Assembly: GCA_965242965.1 (NCBI GenBank) | Contig: OZ251518.1 | Coordinates: 1,024,001-1,088,000, forward strand | Reading direction: 5' to 3' | Length of the DNA: 64,000 nt | Source of the DNA: Candidatus Poribacteria bacterium | Lineage (GTDB): Bacteria > Poribacteria > WGA-4E > WGA-3G | In this document: in pieces, positions 20,267 to 28,464 of the stretch | Numbering within the stretch: position 1 is the stretch's first letter | Layout: every line of letters starts with the position of its first letter | The notes under the pieces: model-generated | The model's database searches: none | Seen by the model: the letters and a program-made list of their open reading frames with translations, nothing else | Told to the model about the DNA's origin: nothing | Translations under genes and position numbers: made by a program

Positions 20267-21166
20267 ATGAAAATCGTTTTGTTTGGGAATAGTCCGTTCG
20301 CTCAGACGGTTGCGTGGGGTTTGGGGCAGTCGGAGTTGGCGAGTGAAATCGCTTTTGTGCCAGGTACGCACGCTGCGCGCACACACTGGGACATGGAGGC
20401 ACTTGCCAAAGCGAACGCTCTCAGTGCCAGCGATACGGCGATTTCCTTCTCCGCTACGCTGGAGGGGTTGTCGGGTGCAGACATTATCGTCATGCTGCCG
20501 CCGAAGGGGCAAACGGCGTTTCGTTCTGTCCAAGCCGCTAAGACGACGAGTCTCGCGCTTGCAAGGCAGGTTGCACCGGGTATCAAAGAATCGGCACCGG
20601 ATGCGAAGGTGTTGGTAGCGATGTCACCGACGAATTACGTTGCTTCGTGGATGCATCAGGCTATCGGCGGCGATGCGCGGGTAATCGGGCTGGGAAATGG
20701 TTCCGCTACGGCGCATCTGATACATGAGATTGCACAGCGGCTCGGTGTTTCGGTGAAAGACGTGAGCGCGCTGGTGATTGGGAACGACCGGGGGACGCAT
20801 CCCCTGCCGCAATATTGCCGCGTGAACGGCATTCCGCTTGCGCAGTTGATGTCCGAGGCAGAGATTGAAGCGTTAATTGACGGTATAATTTCTGGTTCTC
20901 CCGGTTCTTGTTCATCTTGTGCTGAGGGGGGATACCCACTGGCGAGCCACATTTTGCAGGTGGTTTCGGCGATTGCGCGTGATAAAAAACGGGTGATGAG
21001 TCTCGGCACCCCTGTCTCGGCGGGGGCGACATCGGTTTACCTGAATGTGCCGGCGAAGATTGGCCGCGCGGGCGTGGAAGGCATTGTCCCGCTCGCGCTT
21101 ACGGAAGAACAACGGGAGCTGTTTAAAGCACTGGTGGCGCAGAGTGCCGCCGAGCAAATCAAATGA
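20267..21166 (+). CDS. Lactate/malate dehydrogenase-fold protein, apparently degenerate
   Basis: MKIVLFG, LSGADIIV, IAQRLGVSVKDVSALVIG, VNGIPL, AIARDKKRV and NVPAKIGRAGVEGIVPLALTEE follow the LDH/MDH layout, but the key motifs are altered. Confidence 0.75.
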   Translation: MKIVLFGNSPFAQTVAWGLGQSELASEIAFVPGTHAARTHWDMEALAKANALSASDTAISFSATLEGLSGADIIVMLPPKGQTAFRSVQAAKTTSLALARQVAPGIKESAPDAKVLVAMSPTNYVASWMHQAIGGDARVIGLGNGSATAHLIHEIAQRLGVSVKDVSALVIGNDRGTHPLPQYCRVNGIPLAQLMSEAEIEALIDGIISGSPGSCSSCAEGGYPLASHILQVVSAIARDKKRVMSLGTPVSAGATSVYLNVPAKIGRAGVEGIVPLALTEEQRELFKALVAQSAAEQIK

Positions 21167-22281
21167 GAGAGATATATCAAAAAATCCCAGAACTCATTGA
21201 TGCCGCCCAAGTCGGTGCCTATTGCACTGTTGTCGAGACGAAAGGCTCGACACCGCAGAAGCCGGGTTCAAAGTTGCTTATTCTCCCAGATCTTCGGAAT
21301 ATCGGCACGCTGGGTGGGGGCTGTGTAGAAGCGGAAGCGCGCCGACAAGCTATCGGGTTGATGCAAGGCGGTGTGCCGCGGCTCCTTGAATTCCAATTGG
21401 ATAGCGATTACGGCTGGGACGATGGCCTCATCTGCGGCGGCAACATGAAAATCTTCATTGATTTGCCGAAGACGCGCGCCGAATCGGACATGTTCATGCG
21501 GTTACAGGCATTGAACGCGCAGAAAGTCCCTCTCGTCTGTGCGACGGTTGTGAAAAGCGAGCAGCGCGGTGTAGACGTTGGCATGAAGATGCTCTTCGCC
21601 ACCAACGGGGAACGCATTGGCACATTGGGCAACGCGGCATTGGAAGCGTCCGTGGAAAACGAAATTGACACCGTTCTGGAAAAGAATCGCGCGGGGGTGT
21701 TTCGGGCAGTGAACGGGACGATGTCCGTTTTCCTGGAGCCGCTTCAACCGCGTCCTACTTTGCTCATCGCGGGTGCGGGTCATGTTGGGCAAGCACTCTG
21801 TCATCTCGGCAATTGGCTTGATTTTGATGTTGCCATCGTTGACGATAGGGCAGATTTTGCGTCAAAGGCACGGTTGCCGGAGGCGGATGAAATTATTATC
21901 GGTGATATCGCCGGGGAGCTCCGCAAATATCCGATTAGCCATCTCACCTACGTTGTCATCGTGACGCGCGGGCATCAGCATGATGAGTCTGCGTTGCACA
22001 GCGTTGTTGAGTCGGATGCGCGCTATATTGGGTTAATAGGCAGTCGGCGGAAGATTAAACTTATCTTCGATGATCTTCGGGAAGCGGGGGTTTCTACGGA
22101 GAACCTCCGTCGGGTTTACGCGCCGATTGGATTGGATATTCATTCTAAAACGGTGCCGGAGATTGCGGTGAGCATTGCGGCGCAGCTTATTCAGGTGCGC
22201 AATGGTGGTGAAGAGATTCAGCGCGCGCCTATGCGGATGCCGACGATTAAGTTAGAAACGGTTGCGGAGGCACTGGCATGA
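21163..22281 (+). CDS. xdhC: XdhC/CoxI family molybdoenzyme maturation factor
   Basis: GSTPQKPG, GTLGGGCVE, GLICGG, IAGAGHV, VTRGHQHD, YIGLIGSRRK and PIGLDI..PEIAVSI. Confidence 0.9.
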   Translation: MREIYQKIPELIDAAQVGAYCTVVETKGSTPQKPGSKLLILPDLRNIGTLGGGCVEAEARRQAIGLMQGGVPRLLEFQLDSDYGWDDGLICGGNMKIFIDLPKTRAESDMFMRLQALNAQKVPLVCATVVKSEQRGVDVGMKMLFATNGERIGTLGNAALEASVENEIDTVLEKNRAGVFRAVNGTMSVFLEPLQPRPTLLIAGAGHVGQALCHLGNWLDFDVAIVDDRADFASKARLPEADEIIIGDIAGELRKYPISHLTYVVIVTRGHQHDESALHSVVESDARYIGLIGSRRKIKLIFDDLREAGVSTENLRRVYAPIGLDIHSKTVPEIAVSIAAQLIQVRNGGEEIQRAPMRMPTIKLETVAEALA

Positions 22282-22634
22282 AACACGGGCTGCCGGAACG
22301 CACTATCCAGAAACTTTGCGAAGTCTTCAGCCATTATCCGGAAGTCGAGAAGGTGGTGCTCTACGGTTCGCGGGCGAGAGGCACCTATAAAAACGGTTCG
22401 GATATCGATTTGACGCTTTGGGGGCCTGAGCTCTCGCATAAGGTGCTTTCCCGAATTGATACCGAATTGGACGATCTGCTTTTGCCGTATATGATCGATT
22501 TGTCGATTTTCAGTCAGATTGGAAATCCTGCGATGATTCAACATATCCAGCGCGAGGGTATCAGTCTGTATGAGAAGTCGGACAGAGGAGGTGGCGGCGC
22601 GCATCATGAGCGACATTCGTTTACCCGAAAATAA
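22278..22634 (+). CDS. Minimal nucleotidyltransferase (MNT, pol-beta superfamily)
   Basis: LYGSRARG..SDIDL, LPYMIDL and HIQREG. Confidence 0.88.
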   Translation: MKHGLPERTIQKLCEVFSHYPEVEKVVLYGSRARGTYKNGSDIDLTLWGPELSHKVLSRIDTELDDLLLPYMIDLSIFSQIGNPAMIQHIQREGISLYEKSDRGGGGAHHERHSFTRK

Positions 22635-22947
22635 ATCGTGGACGCTGGCTGAGGTGGTGGAGGTTGTGCAGCAGACGCTCGCGGCGGTGGGGGAAGAATC
22701 GACGCAAAATCAACTCCGATATTCTCCGGACGATGTCTATTGGCTGTTGCATGACATGCTCCGGTATGTGAATCGGAATGTCCCCGGTGAGTATACGCTG
22801 CGGCGGTTGGAAAAAGGCACCTATCGGGTTACCTATTCGGCGGAGGATACCTCCAGAAAGCAGTCTCGTAAGAAACTCAACGCGGAACTCCGCAAAACGG
22901 CGGATTATCTGAAGGAGTTGACGGGGCGGCGGCCGCCGTGGGGGTAG
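22606..22947 (+). CDS. Hypothetical protein
   Basis: ORF with a GAGGAGG-type RBS upstream, overlapping the MNT end. Confidence 0.55.
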   Translation: MSDIRLPENKSWTLAEVVEVVQQTLAAVGEESTQNQLRYSPDDVYWLLHDMLRYVNRNVPGEYTLRRLEKGTYRVTYSAEDTSRKQSRKKLNAELRKTADYLKELTGRRPPWG

Positions 22948-22960
22948 TTTTTGCGGCTGC

Positions 22961-23133
22961 ATTGAGAGCGGGAGTATTGCATCGAGACCGGGAGGTCTCT
23001 CCTACGGGGAGCATCGAGAGCCTGTTCGGGATCGGGCGATCCCGAATTACAGAGGTGGAGGGCTCTCCTACTGCATTGAGACCAGGAGGTCTCTCCTACG
23101 GGGATGCATCGAGGCCCGAGGTCTCTCCTACAG
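22961..23133. repeat. REP cluster (B and C families)
   Basis: Multiple GAGACC(G/A)GGAGGTCTCTCCTAC units and a TTCGGGATCGGGCGATCCCGAA hairpin. Confidence 0.85.
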
Positions 23134-23161
23134 GGGACTGCGTGTATAGGAGGAGAATTTT

Positions 23162-24061
23162 ATGAATCACGAACCGACGTTATCGGAAAATACTGTTGGT
23201 ATTGAGGAGATTGAAATGTCGGTGGATGCGTTAGATGTCGCGAAAGCCGCCGACATCTTTAAAAAGCACGGGTGCCTCGTCGTGCGCGGTTTGATGGCAC
23301 CCTATATTGACGCAATCCATCGCGATATTGAAGCCGCTGCGGCTGAGTCCATCTCGTTGTTGGACAAAGCGGAACGCATCGTTGAAGGTTGGCGCACGCC
23401 GAACGGCACGTTGTTCCTGCCTGCACCCGATGGCTACGCGCGCGATAAGCAGATTATGGTGTTGGCAGTGAATTATCAGACGAGCGCGGCGTTCTTCCGC
23501 TCCGCTTTTGATGAAACCGCTGTTAGCATCGTTGCGGCAATTCTGGGACAGAACGTGGAATTGTTCGGGAATGGACAGTGCCTCTATAAGGAGCCGGTCG
23601 GCGGTCATCCGAAGCATCTGCATCAGGACTCGGCATATTTTGAGCATCGTTACGAAGGACCTGTTGGCATTTTGAACTACGTTGTTGACACCGATCTTGT
23701 CAACGGCGCGTTGCATGTCGTTCCCGGTTCGCATCGGTTGGGACAACTTAAGCATATTGATACGTTCTCGCACCTCGGCTTGGAGGCGGATGAGTGGCCG
23801 TGGGAGAGAGCGCTCCCGGTTTCAGGCAAGGCGGGGGATTCGATTTTCTTTAACGTTAAGACGGTGCACGGGTCCAAGCAGAATATGTCTGATAAACCGC
23901 GCCCGGTCTTTATCAACCGTTATCGTCGGACAGATGACTACGTTGTGGTTGGCGGGACAACGACAGCGAATCGCGCCGAGGCGGAGAAGCGCGCCGCCGA
24001 AGCGAAGAAGGCATCTGGTGATAAGGGGTTGATGTTGCGGGGGTTTCGGCCTTATCAATAG
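23162..24061 (+). CDS. Phytanoyl-CoA dioxygenase (PhyH) family Fe(II)/2OG oxygenase
   Basis: HQD, NGALHVVPGSH, distal HGS and R..F motifs. Confidence 0.9.
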   Translation: MNHEPTLSENTVGIEEIEMSVDALDVAKAADIFKKHGCLVVRGLMAPYIDAIHRDIEAAAAESISLLDKAERIVEGWRTPNGTLFLPAPDGYARDKQIMVLAVNYQTSAAFFRSAFDETAVSIVAAILGQNVELFGNGQCLYKEPVGGHPKHLHQDSAYFEHRYEGPVGILNYVVDTDLVNGALHVVPGSHRLGQLKHIDTFSHLGLEADEWPWERALPVSGKAGDSIFFNVKTVHGSKQNMSDKPRPVFINRYRRTDDYVVVGGTTTANRAEAEKRAAEAKKASGDKGLMLRGFRPYQ

Positions 24062-24068
24062 GGGGTGC

Positions 24069-24337
24069 GGGTAGGAGAGACCTCCCGGTCTCGATGCCGC
24101 CACCGTTTCGGGAGCAGGCGCTCCCGAACTACAGAAACGGAGCAGAAACCTCTTCGGGAGCAGGTGCTCCCGAACTACAGAAACGTAGAAGAAACCTCCC
24201 GGAACGTAGGAGAGCCCTCCCGGTCTCGATTTTTCGGGGAGCCTGGCTATCTATGCGTAGCGCGGGGGCCTGTCCCCCGCGTTCGTTGTGTGGCGCGGAG
24301 TCTGTCTATACGTAGCGCGGGGGCCTGTCCCCCGCGT
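24069..24337. repeat. Mosaic REP cluster (B, C, A families)
   Basis: GTAGGAGAGACCTCCCGGTCTCG, 2x TTCGGGAGCAGGyGCTCCCGAACTAC and 2x A units. Confidence 0.9.
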
Positions 24338-24343
24338 TTCTTG

Positions 24344-24766
24344 CTACGGTTGGAATTGATAGAGCATCAGATAGATAATGACCCCTGTTATGGAAACATA
24401 AATCCAGATAGGGAAGGTAATTTTTGCGATGCAGCGGTGCTCGGGAAAACGTTTCTTCCACGCGAGATAGAGCGTCCGCAGTGCCAACGGAACGATAAAA
24501 AACGCTAAGATGATGTGGGAAATCAAAATGGTATAGTAAACGGGACGGATCCAGCCTTGCCCAGGAAACGTTTTTGAACCGGCGTGGTAGTGATAAACAA
24601 GGTAACAGACGAGAAATAGTGCCGATACGGCGAACGCGGCGAGCATGCAATTTTTATGCGCCTCGATTTTCCGCCGCCGAATCAGCACATACCCTATCGT
24701 CAGCAGCGTCCCGCTGAGGGTATTGAGCAAGGCGTTGACTGTTGGTAAATCTGAAATGGCGAGCAA
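24344..24766 (-). CDS. DUF420 family membrane protein (CtaM-like, cytochrome c oxidase assembly associated)
   Basis: LPTVNALLN, HKNCML, FLVCYLVYH, YYTILISHIILA and WIYVSITGV. TTG start with an AGGAGG RBS. Confidence 0.88.
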   Translation of the reverse strand: MLAISDLPTVNALLNTLSGTLLTIGYVLIRRRKIEAHKNCMLAAFAVSALFLVCYLVYHYHAGSKTFPGQGWIRPVYYTILISHIILAFFIVPLALRTLYLAWKKRFPEHRCIAKITFPIWIYVSITGVIIYLMLYQFQP

Positions 24767-24815
24767 TTTGTCCTCCTTTTTCCGGTAGGCGCGGTTTCAA
24801 ACCGCGCCTATAGTT

Positions 24816-25694
24816 TTAGCGCGGCCACCGATAGGCTTGCACGCCCTTGGAATGCTCTAATGCGAATTCCCAACGTTGACACCACGTTTCATAATCGGTT
24901 TGCAGCGCGTGCGGCCGCATCCGGCTGCGCATCAGGAACGCCGGGTAAAAAGGTCTGCCTGTCGGCTGGTAAACGTCGTGATAACGCAGGTCGAAGCTCC
25001 ATCGGATGCTTTTTGATTCGTTCGGTTTTGCGCTGTGGAGCGTGTAATTGTGGAATAAGATAACGCCCCCGGCGCGAATCGGCAGCGGTTTTGGTTCAAT
25101 CTCGGTGGGCTGATGTTCTGGGAGGACAGCCAAGCCGCTGGCGGTCCAATCGTGTTGAAATAGCCCCTGTCGATGGCTTCCCGGCATGACTTGGAGACAG
25201 CCGTTTTCCAACGTTGCATCCACAATCGGTATCCAGACGGTGAGCATAAAGTGGGCATCGGTATCGGGCCAGCAAACACCTGCATCTTGGTGCCATGGTG
25301 TGGGTGCTCTCTGCGATTCGCTGAGTGGCATCACGGCGCGGATGTGTTGGATAGGATTGCAGACTACCTCGGGACCGACAAAAGATTCCGCGATATCAAG
25401 GATTTTGGGGTTCTTGAGGAAATTGAACGTTGCTTCGCCGCGCGCCTGCATAATGTCAAGATTCGCTGTGACTTCCGGTGCCTCGGCGGCGAGATGCAGG
25501 AGCCGTTCGGTGAAAGGTTTATCGGCGTGCGCGGAGTTAACCTTTCCTTCGGTGTGCAACTTCTCGGCGCGTTCGGCGATGATTGCGCTGTATTCGTCAA
25601 TGACAGAGCCCAGGTCTTCGGTATCCAGCACATCTTCAAGCACGAGATAGCCGTTTGTGTGAAAAAATGAAACGTGAGAATCGGTGAGATGCAT
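24816..25694 (-). CDS. PhyH family dioxygenase
   Basis: FFHTNGYL, PWHQD, WIPIVDATLENGCLQVMPGSH, LHSA and IRWSFDLRY. Confidence 0.92.
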   Translation of the reverse strand: MHLTDSHVSFFHTNGYLVLEDVLDTEDLGSVIDEYSAIIAERAEKLHTEGKVNSAHADKPFTERLLHLAAEAPEVTANLDIMQARGEATFNFLKNPKILDIAESFVGPEVVCNPIQHIRAVMPLSESQRAPTPWHQDAGVCWPDTDAHFMLTVWIPIVDATLENGCLQVMPGSHRQGLFQHDWTASGLAVLPEHQPTEIEPKPLPIRAGGVILFHNYTLHSAKPNESKSIRWSFDLRYHDVYQPTGRPFYPAFLMRSRMRPHALQTDYETWCQRWEFALEHSKGVQAYRWPR

Positions 25695-25740
25695 GTTAGT
25701 TTCCTCCATTTGAACGAGAATTAGGTCGCGTTCTTGAGGG

Positions 25741-26229
25741 CTACGCTGGTTCATAATCAGGGTTTATGGCAATGAGCATATCAGGGGTATATTCGGGTTC
25801 GTTCTCCCCGTATGCTGCTTCAAGCCCGTGTGCGCTGCTGGGTGCGCCGGTGCTCCACTTCGCACTGGGTTCTTCAGCATCGGGATTCAGGCTGATGAAC
25901 ATATCAGGCGTATATTTGTGTTCGTCCTCCCCGTATACCGCTTGACACTTTTCAACGAGGTTCCCGATGAACTCCATCAAAGGGGCAAGGAGATGATTTT
26001 TATCCTCGCCGACTACGTCGATTAACGCATCTAGGGTGGCAATAAGTTGCTCATAATCGTCGGATGTCACCGAAGCGAAAAATGTATCTTCATCAACGCC
26101 GGTGAATGTGTTCGCGATTGCGACAAGCAACGTTGTCGTATCAGAGGCTTTAGTGACTTGTATGCCAGAGATGGCTTTGATGTCACGTTCAGGTGCGCCT
26201 TGTAAGTGACGGTGATTCGGCGTGGACAT
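25741..26229 (-). CDS. Hypothetical protein with antitoxin-like segments and a duplicated YGE(D/N)E..YTPDM..NPD motif
   Basis: DYEQLIATLDALIDVVGED..HLLAPLMEFIGNLVE resembles HigA-type antitoxin N-termini. Two copies of an acidic C-terminal motif follow. Confidence 0.55.
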   Translation of the reverse strand: MSTPNHRHLQGAPERDIKAISGIQVTKASDTTTLLVAIANTFTGVDEDTFFASVTSDDYEQLIATLDALIDVVGEDKNHLLAPLMEFIGNLVEKCQAVYGEDEHKYTPDMFISLNPDAEEPSAKWSTGAPSSAHGLEAAYGENEPEYTPDMLIAINPDYEPA

Positions 26230-26234
26230 GCTAT

Positions 26235-27056
26235 TTACCCCCATCGCTGTTCCGGCGGGTCGAAGACGAACCCGTGGAAAAACTTCCGCTGCGCTGGCGA
26301 AAGTGTGTCGTTATAGAACGGCTTCGGATACCCCCAATGTTCCTGCGAGGCAATCATCCAGGGGTGTTCATACGCGTAATAGAGCATCTCGCGGCAGCCG
26401 TCAGGTTTAGTAAAAATGCCAGCAGAGTGCCAGAGCGCGTTGTGGAACAAAATTGCACTCCCTGCCGGGGCGCACACTTCCAACGCGCCGGAATACTCGT
26501 AAGGATAGCGGAGCTCCTCGTGATTCGGTTCGCTCATCGCTTTATGGCTTCCGGGGAGGAGCCACAGATTGCCTTGTCCTCCCGCTGTCATATCGGTGAG
26601 GTAGTAGCCGATTTTAAGTTGCAACAACGGAATCGGACGCAGGTTGCGATACCCTTCATCGTGGCCGTCAATGTGCCATCCCATCGGCCGTTGGCTCAAG
26701 TCTGTGCCGTGTTCAACGATGGCATCGGAGGCGTGATGGTGCGGCATCTTACTGAGAAGTCCCGTGATATAAGGGAGCATCGGTTGCCAATCCAGCAGCT
26801 CCAAAAAGCACGGATGGTCAGCGAGAATATAGAAGATGCGGGTGCTTCTCTCACCGTGAATCTGTGTCATCCCGGTTTGCGGGAGCCCTTTCGTTTCAAG
26901 CTCGCGTCGTTTTTCCATAGCTTCGGCGAGGGCATCCCGAAGTGAGGCGACATGCGTTGCGGCGAGAAAGTTTTCTAGCACCAAATAGCCGTTGTTCTCA
27001 AAGAAGAACCGTTGCGTTTCTGTTAATTCGTGTGACACGTATCCGCTCCTTTTCAT
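26235..27056 (-). CDS. PhyH family dioxygenase
   Basis: FFENNGYL, WHID, YLTD..GNLWLLPGSH and FHNALWH. Confidence 0.9.
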   Translation of the reverse strand: MKRSGYVSHELTETQRFFFENNGYLVLENFLAATHVASLRDALAEAMEKRRELETKGLPQTGMTQIHGERSTRIFYILADHPCFLELLDWQPMLPYITGLLSKMPHHHASDAIVEHGTDLSQRPMGWHIDGHDEGYRNLRPIPLLQLKIGYYLTDMTAGGQGNLWLLPGSHKAMSEPNHEELRYPYEYSGALEVCAPAGSAILFHNALWHSAGIFTKPDGCREMLYYAYEHPWMIASQEHWGYPKPFYNDTLSPAQRKFFHGFVFDPPEQRWG

Positions 27057-27108
27057 GCAAAAAGATAGAATTCCTTATTCCTTCGTTGCCGAGGTTAAAG
27101 TATCCCGT

Positions 27109-28086
27109 TTACGCTGCGAGTCCGAACAAGTCTTGGGCATTGCCGCCAAAAATTCGCGCTTTGTCTGCCTCAGGGATGTCCATTTCCTGAATTAATTGGA
27201 CGAACCGGGGCATGTCTACCCACGGATGGTCCGTCCCGAAAAGCAGGCGATGCGCGCCGGAGAACTGATAGGCGTATTGCAACGCTTGCTCTGATGGCGA
27301 GACAGTATCCAAATAAATTCGGCGCAGGTAGGCACTCGGCGGTTGTGTGATATGCTCTCTGGCTCTGCCTAATACTTCGGTTTGATGCTCAATGCGGCCG
27401 CTCATGTAGGGCAAAATACCGCCGACGTGAGGCATCACCACTTGCAAGTTTGGATGCCGTTCTAACGTGCCGCTGAGAATCAAGCGCAGCATCGCGAAAC
27501 TGCAATCGACTTGCAGCCCCATCATGCCTATCATCCAGTGTTCCTTAATTGCTTCTCCCCATGTTGGCACGGTGGGGTGCATGACAATCGGCATCTGCGT
27601 GGATTCGGCGTGTGCGTAAACGGCTGCAAAGCGCGCGTCGTCAACCGGTTTTCCACCGATGTGCGAATAGAGCATGATGCCGCGGAAACCCATCGTTTTG
27701 GCGCGTTCCATTTCAGCGATTGCCTCTTCGGGGTTTTGCCACGGGAGGCATGCGAGTCCCGCGAATCGATTGGGATGCGCGTCTACCAATTCTGCAATCG
27801 CGTTGTTGATTGCCTGCGCGCCTTTGAGCCCGAGCTCAGGCGCGAGCATACAGGGCGGCGGGATATTCGTGCTGAGCAGTGCCATATCCACACCGGCGGC
27901 ATCCATGTCTGCTAGTTTTCGCGCCGGGGCGTATGCTTCGTCTTCCAGGCGAAACTGTTGGACATCGCCGTAGGTAACGAGAGCCTCGCTGCCGCTGCGG
28001 ATTACTTGCGGCGGGTGTGGATTTTGCGCGAGGATGTCGGTATAGGCGCGTGGAAATATGTGGCTTTGGCAATCAATAATTCGCAT
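27109..28086 (-). CDS. Amidohydrolase family protein (Amidohydro_2, ACMSD-like)
   Basis: IIDCQSH, MDAAGVD, MHP, PHVGG and LLFGTDHP. Confidence 0.88.
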   Translation of the reverse strand: MRIIDCQSHIFPRAYTDILAQNPHPPQVIRSGSEALVTYGDVQQFRLEDEAYAPARKLADMDAAGVDMALLSTNIPPPCMLAPELGLKGAQAINNAIAELVDAHPNRFAGLACLPWQNPEEAIAEMERAKTMGFRGIMLYSHIGGKPVDDARFAAVYAHAESTQMPIVMHPTVPTWGEAIKEHWMIGMMGLQVDCSFAMLRLILSGTLERHPNLQVVMPHVGGILPYMSGRIEHQTEVLGRAREHITQPPSAYLRRIYLDTVSPSEQALQYAYQFSGAHRLLFGTDHPWVDMPRFVQLIQEMDIPEADKARIFGGNAQDLFGLAA

Positions 28087-28145
28087 TTTTTCAACATTAT
28101 AGACAGATTTTTAATTGATGTCAACCCGAACGATTCCGTTTCTCC

Positions 28146-28452
28146 AGTAGGAGAGACCTGTCAAGAAAATGTTCCATTACCGTAGCGCGGGGGCCTGTCC
28201 CCCGCGAGTTTTCGGTAACCCGCAGCATGGCGAGGGACAGGCCCTCGCCCTACGATGAAAGGGGCCGTTTTTCGACTCAGAAACCCTCACGTTACCGTAG
28301 CGCGGGGGCCTGTCCCCCGCGATCGTTCGGTAGACCGGAGCATGGCGAGGGAAACCCGCTCGCATGCGCGTGTGGCATCCGAGGGCCCAAGCCCTACGTG
28401 AAGAGGCAGCGTTTTTTTCACTGCGACGTTGAGCGAGTTATGAAACCCCCTC
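28146..28452. repeat. REP cluster capped by the TATGAAACnCCCTC terminal motif
   Basis: A units and the nested variant, ending in CGTTGAGCGAGTTATGAAACCCCCTC. Confidence 0.85.
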
Positions 28453-28464
28453 CGTTAACTCGCC

